Program-made: the position numbers and the translations under genes
Shown: in pieces, positions 1 through 8,298 of the stretch
How positions within the stretch are numbered: the first letter of the stretch is position 1
How the letters are laid out: each line of letters starts with the position of its first letter
Notes under the pieces: model-generated
The model's input: only the letters and a program-made list of their open reading frames with translations
Told to the model about the DNA's origin: nothing
Database searches by the model: none
Origin: Marinicrinis lubricantis
Lineage (GTDB): Bacteria > Bacillota > Bacilli > Paenibacillales > KCTC-33676
Assembly: GCF_965137935.1 (NCBI RefSeq)
Contig: NZ_CBCSCT010000001.1
DNA length: 32,000 bases
Strand: one strand, 5' to 3'

Positions 1-69
1 CGCACGAAAAAAGAGAACTCGATTCAATGTACGGAGTGCAGTCATAAGGAACTGCTGCCGGAAGATTAA
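1..69 (+). CDS. topA: 3' end of DNA topoisomerase I (partial, C-terminal zinc-ribbon tail)
   Basis: Frame 1 is open from the window edge to TAA at 67-69. It reads RTKKENSIQCTECSHKELLPED*, a CxxC tail like the C terminus of Bacillus TopA. topA precedes trmFO in the conserved Bacillales cluster. Only 22 codons are visible. Confidence 0.5.
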   Translation, partial: RTKKENSIQCTECSHKELLPED

Positions 70-155
70 CTGAGTGAAGGAAAAGGTGATTAGCGAATTA
101 TTAGCAGCGCCTGAGCATATATATGATTTTTAGTGCCAAACAGGAGGCGACATCA

Positions 156-1478
156 TTGTCATCGCAATCAAATAAAGTAACCGTCATCGGCGCAGGGCTT
201 GCGGGAAGCGAAGCGGCATGGCAAATCGCAAAAAGAGGAATCCCTGTCGTATTGTATGAAATGCGGCCGTTGAGACAAACACCCGCACATCATACGGACC
301 AATTTGCCGAGCTCGTCTGCAGCAATTCGCTGCGGGCGAACGGCTTGACGAATGCAGTGGGGGTTATCAAGCAGGAAATGCGGGAGCTTGATTCACTGAT
401 ATTGAAGTCGGCGGACAAGCATGCTGTTCCTGCGGGCGGTGCATTGGCGGTAGACCGGGACGGCTTTACCGGAGAAGTGACTCGTACGCTTCGTAATCAC
501 CCGTTAATTGAGGTAAGAAATGAAGAAATTACGGAGCTGCCGACTGAAGGAATTACACTGGTGGCGACGGGCCCATTAACCTCGCCAGCATTGTCGGAGA
601 ATTTAAGAAATATTACCGGTGAAGATTATTTATATTTCTATGATGCTGCAGCGCCGATCATTGAAAAAGATTCCATCGATATGGACAAGGTATTCCTTGC
701 CTCTCGTTATGACAAAGGGGAGGCAGCGTATTTGAACTGTCCTATGACGGAAGAGGAATTCGATCGATTCTATGACGCTTTAATTACAGCCGAGACCGCT
801 CCTCTCAAAGAATTTGAGAAGGAAGTCTTCTTTGAAGGCTGCATGCCCATCGAGGTTATGGCGAAGCGCGGGAAGCAAACGGTGCTGTTTGGCCCGATGA
901 AACCGGTAGGTCTAACCGATCCCAGAACAGGAAAAACCCCTCATGCTGTCATTCAATTGAGACAGGACAACGCGGCGGGGACTTTGTACAATATGGTCGG
1001 CTTCCAAACGCATTTGAAATGGGGAGATCAAAAAAGGGTATTTTCCTTAATACCTGGATTAGAGCAGGCGGAGATCGTGCGCTACGGCGTGATGCACCGA
1101 AATACGTTCATCAACTCTCCCAAACTAATGGAGAAGACGTATCAGTTTAAACAGCGGCCGAACTTGTTTTTTGCCGGTCAAATGACAGGCGTGGAAGGCT
1201 ACGTAGAATCAGCAGCTTCCGGATTAATTGCCGGTATCAATGCAGCCAAGCTGGCTTCTGGCAGCGAGCCCGTCGTTTTTCCTAGAGAGACCGCTTTAGG
1301 CAGTATGGCATACTATATTACAACGGCGGAATTTACGAATTTCCAACCGATGAATGTGAATTTTGGATTGTTCCCACCGCTCGGGCAAAGAATTCGCAAC
1401 AAAAAAATGAAAAATGAAGCGATTGCCGAACGTGCTTTAACCGCGTTAAGACAGTTTATCCCGCAAGTGAACGGGTAA
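156..1478 (+). CDS. trmFO: Methylenetetrahydrofolate--tRNA-(uracil-5)-methyltransferase TrmFO (Gid)
   Basis: From ORF 123..1478. It has the N-terminal FAD-binding motif [14 protein letters not shown]. Blocks [37 protein letters not shown] and [18 protein letters not shown] match Bacillus TrmFO as I remember it. AGGAGG at 142-147 lies 8 nt upstream of an in-frame TTG at 156, which I prefer over ATG 123. Confidence 0.93.
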   Translation: MSSQSNKVTVIGAGLAGSEAAWQIAKRGIPVVLYEMRPLRQTPAHHTDQFAELVCSNSLRANGLTNAVGVIKQEMRELDSLILKSADKHAVPAGGALAVDRDGFTGEVTRTLRNHPLIEVRNEEITELPTEGITLVATGPLTSPALSENLRNITGEDYLYFYDAAAPIIEKDSIDMDKVFLASRYDKGEAAYLNCPMTEEEFDRFYDALITAETAPLKEFEKEVFFEGCMPIEVMAKRGKQTVLFGPMKPVGLTDPRTGKTPHAVIQLRQDNAAGTLYNMVGFQTHLKWGDQKRVFSLIPGLEQAEIVRYGVMHRNTFINSPKLMEKTYQFKQRPNLFFAGQMTGVEGYVESAASGLIAGINAAKLASGSEPVVFPRETALGSMAYYITTAEFTNFQPMNVNFGLFPPLGQRIRNKKMKNEAIAERALTALRQFIPQVNG

Positions 1479-1551
1479 CTTGAGAACCTATTTCCGACTA
1501 TGTTACCATGGATGGAAGAGAAGCCAATGGAACCGGAAAGCAGGTGGAGTC

Positions 1552-2475
1552 ATGTCAGAGTTGGAAGCGGACTACGTCGTTCATGAAGAGGCTGAGTGGT
1601 TCGATCGCTTTATGGAATATTTGCTGGCAGAGAAGAACGCGTCGGAGTATACGGTTCAGAGTTATAAGAAAGATTTGACTCATTTCAGCCATTTTTTAAA
1701 GCAGCAACGCATTGACCGGCTTGCTGCTGTTTCTTATTTAAATGTAAGAATGTATTTAGGACAGCTTCATCAGGAAGGCTATGCTCGAAGAACGATCGCA
1801 CGCAAGCTGTCTGCTCTGCGCAGCTTTTATCGTTTTTTGCTGCGTGAGGGCCATGTGGAGCAGCATCCGCTGCAAAGCGTACGTACGCCTAAGCTAGACA
1901 AACGGCTTCCCAAATTTTTATATATGGAAGAAGCAGCTTCGTTGATGGAAGCTCCGGATTTATCGACACCGATTGGGAAACGCGATAAGGCACTGCTGGA
2001 GACGCTATATGCGAGCGGCATGCGTGTCAGTGAGCTGACAGGACTGGATGTGAGGCAAATTGATCTGCATCATGGAGTCGCGCTTGTTTTCGGTAAAGGA
2101 GCGAAGGAAAGATATGTTCCGCTGGGCGAGCATGCGGTAGAAGCGCTGAAGGAATATATCGAGCATATTAGGCCAAAATGGTTGAAAGACGGCACCGAAC
2201 AAGCGGTGTTTATAAACCAGCGAGGTACAAGGCTTAGTGACAGATCGGTCCGACGCATCATTGATCAAGCGGTGAAGAAGCTGTCGGAAGCAAGAAGGGT
2301 CAGTCCGCATACACTTCGGCACAGCTTCGCGACACATTTGCTGGAAGCTGGTGCTGATCTTCGAACCGTACAGGAGCTGCTCGGTCACGCTAATTTATCT
2401 ACCACTCAAATTTATACGCATGTCACCCGTGACCATCTGCAGAGTATATACAACCGGGCTCATCCGAGGGCATAA
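1552..2475 (+). CDS. xerC: Tyrosine recombinase XerC (CodV-type)
   Basis: From ORF 1480..2475. It has the SAM-like N-domain ([13 protein letters not shown]) and the tyrosine-recombinase catalytic region ([46 protein letters not shown]). AGGTGGAG at 1542-1549 precedes ATG 1552, which I prefer over the upstream TTG. It lies ahead of hslVU-codY as in the Bacillus codVWXY operon. Confidence 0.92.
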   Translation: MSELEADYVVHEEAEWFDRFMEYLLAEKNASEYTVQSYKKDLTHFSHFLKQQRIDRLAAVSYLNVRMYLGQLHQEGYARRTIARKLSALRSFYRFLLREGHVEQHPLQSVRTPKLDKRLPKFLYMEEAASLMEAPDLSTPIGKRDKALLETLYASGMRVSELTGLDVRQIDLHHGVALVFGKGAKERYVPLGEHAVEALKEYIEHIRPKWLKDGTEQAVFINQRGTRLSDRSVRRIIDQAVKKLSEARRVSPHTLRHSFATHLLEAGADLRTVQELLGHANLSTTQIYTHVTRDHLQSIYNRAHPRA

Positions 2476-2556
2476 TTCAAGGAAAAGTCAAATATGACTT
2501 GCATCGATGGAGTACTGATTGTTTGTTTCGTATTGTATTAAAGGAGGTCGATCGAT

Positions 2557-3096
2557 ATGGACCAGTTTCATGCGACAACGATATTTGCCATACATCATAA
2601 AGGCAAGGGGGCCATTGCCGGCGACGGGCAGGTCACTTTCTCCAACAGCATGATTATGAAAAGCCAAGCAAAAAAAGTGAGAAGATTGTACCGAGGACAA
2701 GTGATTGCTGGTTTTGCCGGCTCGGTTGCGGATGCGATCACACTGTTTGAGAAGTTTGAAGGAAAGCTTGAGGAGCACCATGGCAATTTGCAAAGGTCCG
2801 CCGTAGAATTGGCGAAGGAATGGCGTTCCGACCGAGTGCTTCGCAGGCTGGAAGCGATGATGATTGTGATGGATCGAAGTCATATATTATTGATTTCCGG
2901 CAACGGTGAAATCATTGAGCCTGACGATGGGGTGCTCGCGATTGGCTCTGGGGGCAGTTTCGCACTCGCCGCCGGCCGCGCACTGAAGCAGTATGCGGAC
3001 CATATGGAAGCCAAGGATATCGCGAAGGCTGCCCTGACCATGGCCGCGGACATATGTGTATATACCAATCATAATATTATTGTAGAGGAAATATAA
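2557..3096 (+). CDS. hslV: ATP-dependent protease subunit HslV (ClpQ/CodW)
   Basis: 179 aa, co-linear with Bacillus CodW ([44 protein letters not shown]). AGGAGG at 2542-2547 lies 9 nt before the ATG. Confidence 0.95.
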   Translation: MDQFHATTIFAIHHKGKGAIAGDGQVTFSNSMIMKSQAKKVRRLYRGQVIAGFAGSVADAITLFEKFEGKLEEHHGNLQRSAVELAKEWRSDRVLRRLEAMMIVMDRSHILLISGNGEIIEPDDGVLAIGSGGSFALAAGRALKQYADHMEAKDIAKAALTMAADICVYTNHNIIVEEI

Positions 3097-3140
3097 GTGA
3101 GTCTCATCATGAACAGGGATAGATCAGGAGGGGTGGAAAC

Positions 3141-4532
3141 ATGAATGTTCAGGCATTGACACCTAGGCAGATCGTTGCTGAGTTGGATAAATACATTATC
3201 GGGCAAAATAAGGCGAAGAGATCTGTCGCCATTGCGCTTCGTAACCGTTATCGCAGAAGTCGTTTGGAAGAATCGATTAGGGATGAAATCGTTCCTAAAA
3301 ATATATTAATGATCGGTCCTACGGGAGTAGGTAAAACCGAGATTGCCAGAAGATTGGCGAAGCTGGTTCAGGCGCCTTTCGTCAAAGTAGAAGCTACCAA
3401 ATTCACGGAGGTCGGTTACGTCGGCAGAGACGTCGAATCTATGGTTCGGGACCTTGTGGAAACAGCTATTCGCATGGTAAAGGTAGAAAAAATGGAAGGC
3501 GTGCAGGAAAAGGCGGAACAACTGGCGAATGAACGAATCATTCAAATCCTTGCACCTTCAGCAGCCAAATCGAAGACAAAAAATCCGTTCGAGATGCTGT
3601 TTGGCCAGCAGCAGGAGCAGGAGCCTGCCGATGATAAAGAGGACTCTTCATTGCGCGAGCGGCGTGCGGATTTGAAACAGAAGCTGTTTAACGGCGAGTT
3701 AGAGGATCGGGTTGTTGAGATTGAGGTAGAAGATCATTCGCCGTCGATGCTCGAAATGTTTTCCGGACAAGGCAATGAGCAGATCGGTCTGAATATGCAG
3801 GAGATGTTCGGCAGCATGCTGCCGAAGAAAACAAAGAAACGCAAGCTGCCGATCAAAGAAGCGAGGAAAGTGCTGACACAGGAAGAAGCCGCGAAGCTGA
3901 TTGATATGGACGAAGTTGTGCAGGAGTCCATTCGTCGTGCTGAACAGAATGGGATTATCTTTATTGATGAAATTGATAAAGTCGCCTCTTCCTCCAAAGG
4001 CAGCGGTCCTGACGTTTCCAGAGAAGGTGTGCAGCGAGACATTCTACCGATTGTCGAAGGCTCAACGGTTATGACGAAGTATGGTCCGGTGAAAACGGAT
4101 TATGTGCTCTTTATTGCAGCGGGAGCGTTTCATATTGCGAAGCCGTCGGACCTAATACCTGAGCTTCAAGGACGATTCCCAATTCGCGTGGAGCTAAACA
4201 ATTTAACGATGGAAGATTTTATCATGATCTTATCGGAGCCTAAAAACGCATTGACGAAACAATATGCGGCACTGCTGGAAACCGAGGGGATACAGATCGG
4301 ATTTTCTGAAGAAGCATTAAAGGAAATTGCCCGAATCGCAGTGGATGTGAATCAGAACACCGACAATATCGGTGCGAGAAGGCTTCATACGATTCTAGAG
4401 AAACTGCTTGAGGATCTTTCCTTTGAAGCGCCGGACATCACGCTCGAATCGTTTACGATAAGCAGCGAATATGTAAGAGAAAAGTTGTCTGATATAGCTC
4501 AGAACAGAGATTTAAGCCAGTATATTTTGTAG
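3141..4532 (+). CDS. hslU: ATP-dependent protease ATPase subunit HslU (ClpY/CodX)
   Basis: 463 aa with N-terminal [17 protein letters not shown], Walker [16 protein letters not shown] and Walker [11 protein letters not shown]. It also has the inserted charged I-domain and C-terminal [20 protein letters not shown]. Confidence 0.96.
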   Translation: MNVQALTPRQIVAELDKYIIGQNKAKRSVAIALRNRYRRSRLEESIRDEIVPKNILMIGPTGVGKTEIARRLAKLVQAPFVKVEATKFTEVGYVGRDVESMVRDLVETAIRMVKVEKMEGVQEKAEQLANERIIQILAPSAAKSKTKNPFEMLFGQQQEQEPADDKEDSSLRERRADLKQKLFNGELEDRVVEIEVEDHSPSMLEMFSGQGNEQIGLNMQEMFGSMLPKKTKKRKLPIKEARKVLTQEEAAKLIDMDEVVQESIRRAEQNGIIFIDEIDKVASSSKGSGPDVSREGVQRDILPIVEGSTVMTKYGPVKTDYVLFIAAGAFHIAKPSDLIPELQGRFPIRVELNNLTMEDFIMILSEPKNALTKQYAALLETEGIQIGFSEEALKEIARIAVDVNQNTDNIGARRLHTILEKLLEDLSFEAPDITLESFTISSEYVREKLSDIAQNRDLSQYIL

Positions 4533-4587
4533 TCCGCTGTGCATATTCCTCCGCCTGAGCGTTTCAGGAAATTGGGGGGCGGTAGAT

Positions 4588-5370
4588 ATGAATCTATTAT
4601 CAAAAACACGAAGATTGAACAAGCTGCTTCAAAAAGCGGCAGGAAGTGCCGTGAATTTTAATGAAATGGCTGAGGTGCTGCAGGATACGATCCGTTCTAA
4701 CGTTTATGTGATCAGCCGCAGAGGGAAGATTTTAGGGTATTCGATTGAAGACGAAAAAAGCTTTTACGAATTAGCAAATATCGTGACAGAAGAAAGCCGG
4801 TTGTCTCCCAGGTACAATGATATGCTGATGTCGATCAAAGAAACGGCGCATAATCAAGAGCTTCGCCAGTTTCTGCATTCTGATCTTGACGGGTTGAGCG
4901 CGGTCGTTAGTGATCAGCATTTAACCGTCATTCCGATTGTAGGGGCGGGTAAAAGACAAGGGACGTTGGTGCTCCAACGCCGAGATGAGCCGTTCATCGA
5001 AGACGATTTAATATTATCGGAATATGGCTCGACCATCATAGCGATGGAAATCTTGCGCGAGAAGACGGAAGAAATTGAGAAAGAAGCGAGAAACAAGGCC
5101 ATTGTGCAAGTTGCTGTCAATTCATTGTCTTACAGCGAGACAGAAGCGGTTGAACATATTTTCGAGGAACTGAATGGACAAGAAGGAATGCTCGTTGCCA
5201 GTAAAATAGCCGACCGAGCGGGAATCACTCGTTCGGTCATTGTCAATGCGCTGAGAAAACTGGAGAGTGCTGGAGTTGTCGAGACGAAATCTTTGGGTAT
5301 GAAGGGCACTTACATTCGGATTTTGAACGCGCAGCTCATGGAAGAATTTCATAAAAACAAAGAACACTAA
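4588..5370 (+). CDS. codY: GTP/BCAA-sensing global transcriptional repressor CodY
   Basis: 260 aa with an N-terminal GAF-like region (LLSKTRRLNKLLQ) and a C-terminal winged HTH (ASKIADRAGITRSVIVNALRKLESAGVVE). The stop codon TAA at 5368-5370 lies inside the left copy of the transposon target duplication. Confidence 0.96.
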   Translation: MNLLSKTRRLNKLLQKAAGSAVNFNEMAEVLQDTIRSNVYVISRRGKILGYSIEDEKSFYELANIVTEESRLSPRYNDMLMSIKETAHNQELRQFLHSDLDGLSAVVSDQHLTVIPIVGAGKRQGTLVLQRRDEPFIEDDLILSEYGSTIIAMEILREKTEEIEKEARNKAIVQVAVNSLSYSETEAVEHIFEELNGQEGMLVASKIADRAGITRSVIVNALRKLESAGVVETKSLGMKGTYIRILNAQLMEEFHKNKEH

Positions 5371-5372
5371 CG
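5367..5372. repeat. Target-site duplication, left copy (CTAACG)
   Basis: CTAACG directly abuts the element terminus TGTT... at 5373, and an identical hexamer abuts the other terminus at 8371-8376. If the terminal CA is counted as flank, the repeat reads CACTAACG (8 bp) on both sides. Confidence 0.85.
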
Positions 5373-5444
5373 TGTTACTGCTAACGCATAATGTCCGGAG
5401 ATTGATGGTGTATGTTGTCCTGCTATTGACGGTTAATCTGACCG
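5373..5444. repeat. Terminal inverted repeat, gene-distal end, with two sub-repeats (outer 5373-5398, inner 5413-5444)
   Basis: The sequence is TGTTACTGCTAACGCATAATGTCCGGAGATTGATGGTGTATGTTGTCCTGCTATTGACGGTTAATCTGACCG. Outer and inner units share the pattern TGTT..GCTA..TAAT.T..CCG. The whole block matches the other end in inverted orientation. Confidence 0.8.
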
Positions 5445-5460
5445 ATTCTTCATATATGAA

Positions 5461-5485
5461 AGGGAGAATTATGATAATTCTCCCT
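5461..5485. other. Perfect 11-bp stem / 3-nt loop hairpin overlapping the ATPase stop codon
   Basis: AGGGAGAATTA-TGA-TAATTCTCCCT. The - strand stop codon (TAA, complement of 5469-5471) lies in the stem. There is no clean U-tract on either strand (+: GAATGACG; -: TTCATATATG), so a terminator role is uncertain. Confidence 0.5.
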
Positions 5486-6275
5486 GAATGACGCGTTTAA
5501 CCATATGATCATCGATGATGCGGTGTTTGTTCTGAGCCCCATAGATTAAACAATGAGTGCATACTTTGTTGATTAGCCTAGCTGCTCCGCTAGAGAATCG
5601 ATAGATGTCATCGATGGCTCCATCGGTAAAGATATCCCGGTCTGCACCAGCATAAGTCATATGTCTCTCGATGTAGGCTCCTGTTTGAGCCCGGTCATAG
5701 TGCGGAAGTTTGCATTGTAGATCGATGCGTTGACGAATCGCGGCGTAGGCTTGTAGATTGATGCGATCCCACAGTTCGCTTTGCCCGACCAGGATGAGAG
5801 CCATTGGGCTTTGGGCATCCATCTTAAAATTCAGTAAAAAGCGAACTTCCTCCAGCATCTCCCGGTCCAAAAGATGACTCTCATCCACGACCACAACGGG
5901 TTGCAGTCCATGAATTCCCCGCATGAGCTCGATCTCCCGATGCAGCTGACGCTTCGCATCCCCACGATAAAACTTCGACTCACAACCGAGTTGTTCCAGC
6001 AGCCCCTTGTAGAAATGCCGCGGTGTCAGTTTTGAATCTGACAGATAGAGCACCTTGAACTTCGCAGGATCCAGTTCTTCTGCAAACCGCCGAATCGTTG
6101 TCGTCTTTCCGGTGCCGCAGTCTCCGGTCACAACCGCAAACCATTGCCGTTCTGCCGCATATTCTAACCGTCCCAGCGTCTCCTCCAAAATGACCGACTC
6201 ATACAACTCGCTTGGCGGGACATCTCTGGAGAACGGTGAACGGCTAAGATCGTAGAATGCCTCAAACATCGCCAT
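5469..6275 (-). CDS. Transposition helper AAA+ ATPase, ExeA/TniB-like (AAA_22 class), functional analogue of IstB/MuB
   Basis: 268 aa with an N-terminal FYDLSRSPFSRDVPPSELYES motif (ExeA/GspA-like FGL..PF signature). Walker A is VTGDCGTGKTTTIRRF and Walker B is VVVVDESHLL. It lacks the IstB-type GPPGxGKTHLA motif. The start overlaps the transposase stop by 14 nt, and AAGGTAAGGTGA lies just upstream. Confidence 0.85.
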   Translation of the reverse strand: MAMFEAFYDLSRSPFSRDVPPSELYESVILEETLGRLEYAAERQWFAVVTGDCGTGKTTTIRRFAEELDPAKFKVLYLSDSKLTPRHFYKGLLEQLGCESKFYRGDAKRQLHREIELMRGIHGLQPVVVVDESHLLDREMLEEVRFLLNFKMDAQSPMALILVGQSELWDRINLQAYAAIRQRIDLQCKLPHYDRAQTGAYIERHMTYAGADRDIFTDGAIDDIYRFSSGAARLINKVCTHCLIYGAQNKHRIIDDHMVKRVIQGELS

Positions 6276-7614
6276 TCACCTTACCTTTCTTACGGTAGCT
6301 GACGGCCGGCGCTTGCTCGGAGCGGCGCCCGTGACTCTGTACTTCGGCAGCACTTAGCAGCCTTGACGAATCTGCTGGTACAGGTTGAAGATGGTCCGGC
6401 AGTGGAGGACGTTTTCCGGCACGTTCACCGATTACGAGTTCTTTTACCTTCCACGGTTCGTGGCCTTCGTATTCGATCGTCAATTCGGTGATGTCCGCCG
6501 GGTCATACACGACATCCACGGTACATCCGATGAACGGAAGCCCCACTTCATATTTGCGATCCAAGAAGCTAATGCACCCGGTTTTGTCGACCTTGCGGGT
6601 TTCGCAATGAAGGAATGCATTGGCGAGTATCTCCGGTTCCACAAACCGAAGCGCCTTCTTGTCACTGCGAAAGGCGGTTTCGGGGCTACGTTTGTTCTCA
6701 AGTGCTGAATGCGGCTTGTTCTGGTAGCATTCCGAGAGCCAAACTCCGAACAACTCATTCAGGCGGTCAAGCGTCTTTGGTTTTTCAAGTGCTGCTTCGC
6801 TAAGGAAAGAATCCACCACGCGGTTAAACCGTTCAACCTTCCCAGTGGCCTCTGGCGAGTATGGCTTAGCAAACAGAAGGCGAATGCCAAGCTTGGAGCA
6901 CGTTCGGGTCATCCACTTGGTTCGATACTGCCTCCCGTTGTCGAAGTACACGGCTTCCGGAACACCGTACTTCTGAATGGCCTTTCGGAAACAGTCCTCG
7001 ACGATCGTCTTATCCATGACCGGGTAAAACTCACCATGCAGTACAAATCTCGTCGCATCGTCGATGAAGGTAACGAGAAACACTTGCTTCATCGCTCCGC
7101 CCGGTCCAATGGGCAGATACGGACCGTACTTCAAGTCCGAGTGCCATAGGCGATTGCGGTGCGGCTGTTGGAATCGCCGAGCCGCTACACCAGAGTTTGC
7201 ATACATTCGCATATGTCTGGTGCTGTAACCACGTTCCGTTAGCTTCTCTTGAAGCGTGCTCCGTTTGACTTGGCCCGGTTGGACGCGACCTTCCCATTCC
7301 AGGATCTGAATGATCTGGGCGACACTGCGACTTGGCACTTCTCGCCGCAGCAAGATCGCTTGCTCCAAGACCTCCGGCGGAATGGTGGGGGCTACGGGTT
7401 GTTTCCCTTTGCTCTTCGGCTTTAACCCGCCAAAGCCATCTTGCCGGTAGGCTGCTAGATACCGTCGCAGCGTCCTCTCCGATATTCCGATTTGCTCGCA
7501 TATTCTTTGCTTGATTTCCTTTGCCTTTGCTGGGTCGAGCCCTTCTGTAAGCAATGGGGCAAGGAGCTGCACACGATCTGCAGCGATTTGCTCTGCTTTC
7601 TTCTGATCTTTCAT
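6262..7614 (-). CDS. DDE (rve/retroviral-integrase fold) transposase, IstA/TniA/Mu-like
   Basis: 450 aa with an N-terminal HTH (IGISERTLRRYLAAY) and a second HTH-like region (RSVAQIIQILEWEG). The candidate DDE triad is in WHSDLKY, VYFDNGRQY and ATGKVERFN. The C-terminal barrel-like segment is RKVDKTGCISFLDRKYEV...VDVVYDPADITELTIEY. RBS GAAGGTG lies 7 nt upstream of the ATG. Confidence 0.9.
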   Translation of the reverse strand: MKDQKKAEQIAADRVQLLAPLLTEGLDPAKAKEIKQRICEQIGISERTLRRYLAAYRQDGFGGLKPKSKGKQPVAPTIPPEVLEQAILLRREVPSRSVAQIIQILEWEGRVQPGQVKRSTLQEKLTERGYSTRHMRMYANSGVAARRFQQPHRNRLWHSDLKYGPYLPIGPGGAMKQVFLVTFIDDATRFVLHGEFYPVMDKTIVEDCFRKAIQKYGVPEAVYFDNGRQYRTKWMTRTCSKLGIRLLFAKPYSPEATGKVERFNRVVDSFLSEAALEKPKTLDRLNELFGVWLSECYQNKPHSALENKRSPETAFRSDKKALRFVEPEILANAFLHCETRKVDKTGCISFLDRKYEVGLPFIGCTVDVVYDPADITELTIEYEGHEPWKVKELVIGERAGKRPPLPDHLQPVPADSSRLLSAAEVQSHGRRSEQAPAVSYRKKGKVNGDV

Positions 7615-7656
7615 TCGTCTGCACCTTCTTCTGATAGATTCGTTTACGAGTCTATC

Positions 7657-8208
7657 TCAGAGAGCTTCGGACAAGAATGCAGAACGGGTATGTACCCACA
7701 AATTTGAATTCGCAACAGGTCGGACAACTCTTGCCAGCCAACCATCGGCATCACCGACATAACGTCCGAATCTATGGTGTGCAGCTTGTGAAGGTGCGGA
7801 CGATTCCTTCACAACATCTAGATAAAAGCGAATGGCGATGGACTCTAAGCACCCAAGCAAGTAGGTAGCCATAGAACAAAACCAACTCCGCCAACGGTAC
7901 AGTGTGGAGTTGTCTGCGGCAACATCTACTTCTGAGGGTTCAGTCGTGATGACATTCTCCACACATGCTGATTCGTAACGCTTGTAAGGTACGATGCAAT
8001 CCGGTAACTCATGATGAATCTTCCGGCAAGCCGTACATCGAAGTCTTCGAATGACCAATACGCTCTTTTCTCCCGTAGCATGTACAAGCTTCCGTTTTCG
8101 GCTCCCGATCACCGATAAACTCGCAATGCAGCAAGGACTAGGAACAATTTCTGCACACCTAACAAAAAACGCCGGGGATCTTCTCATCCAGCTCAAAATT
8201 TGATACAA
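7657..8208 (-). CDS. Zn-ribbon protein (DUF6431-like from memory), first gene of the element
   Basis: Motif IGSRKRKLVHATGEKSVLVIRRLRCTACRKIHHELPDCIVPYKRYE resembles the conserved CxxC...RRxRCxxC..H.ELPD..PYK.Y ribbon of DUF6431 proteins as I recall them. The first knuckle is atypical (SPCC). The track start at 8208 is TTG, the first ATG is at 8187, and neither has a good RBS. The stop lies 42 nt before the transposase ATG. Confidence 0.65.
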   Translation of the reverse strand: MYQILSWMRRSPAFFVRCAEIVPSPCCIASLSVIGSRKRKLVHATGEKSVLVIRRLRCTACRKIHHELPDCIVPYKRYESACVENVITTEPSEVDVAADNSTLYRWRSWFCSMATYLLGCLESIAIRFYLDVVKESSAPSQAAHHRFGRYVGDADGWLARVVRPVANSNLWVHTRSAFLSEAL

Positions 8209-8278
8209 TGATCATACGTTTTGTGAGGGGATGTCTCCAGTGAGCTTGCGCTAACAGGCTCACGCTATATGGAGGCAT
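8159..8278 (-). CDS. 39-codon upstream ORF overlapping the Zn-ribbon ORF start (leader ORF or the frameshifted true 5' part of that gene)
   Basis: ATG at 8278 is preceded by AAAAGGAAAAGG and lies about 20 nt downstream of the predicted promoter -10. It reads MPPYSVSLLAQAHWRHPLTKRMIIVSNFELDEKIPGVFC* and ends just after a T6 run (complement of 8164-8169). Removing one T would fuse it in frame to ...VRCAEIVPSPCC... of the Zn-ribbon ORF. Confidence 0.3.
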   Translation of the reverse strand: MPPYSVSLLAQAHWRHPLTKRMIIVSNFELDEKIPGVFC

Positions 8279-8298
8279 CCTTTTCCTTTTCTGTGATA

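Noticed and set aside
1827-2388. Antisense ORFs inside xerC (1827..2021, 2005..2388, 2070..2261)
   Set aside because: They lie opposite a strongly supported conserved CDS, with no motifs and no RBS. The same reasoning applies to antisense or alternative-frame ORFs inside hslV/hslU/codY (2488..2883, 2595..2786, 2880..3072, 3306..3545, 3734..4042, 4914..5367).
4533-4587. CCGCC...GGCGG pairing between hslU and codY as a terminator or attenuator
   Set aside because: It has a 5-bp stem with a loop of about 22 nt and no U-tract. The 3' arm overlaps the codY RBS region. The evidence is insufficient.
6385-7624. Several long ORFs overlapping the transposase gene (6385..6708+, 6480..6758-, 6709..7149+, 7031..7624-, 7332..7514+)
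   Set aside because: They are alternative-frame or antisense to a well-supported DDE transposase. They have low-complexity R/S/A/P-rich translations typical of GC-rich DNA and no RBS. They are spurious.
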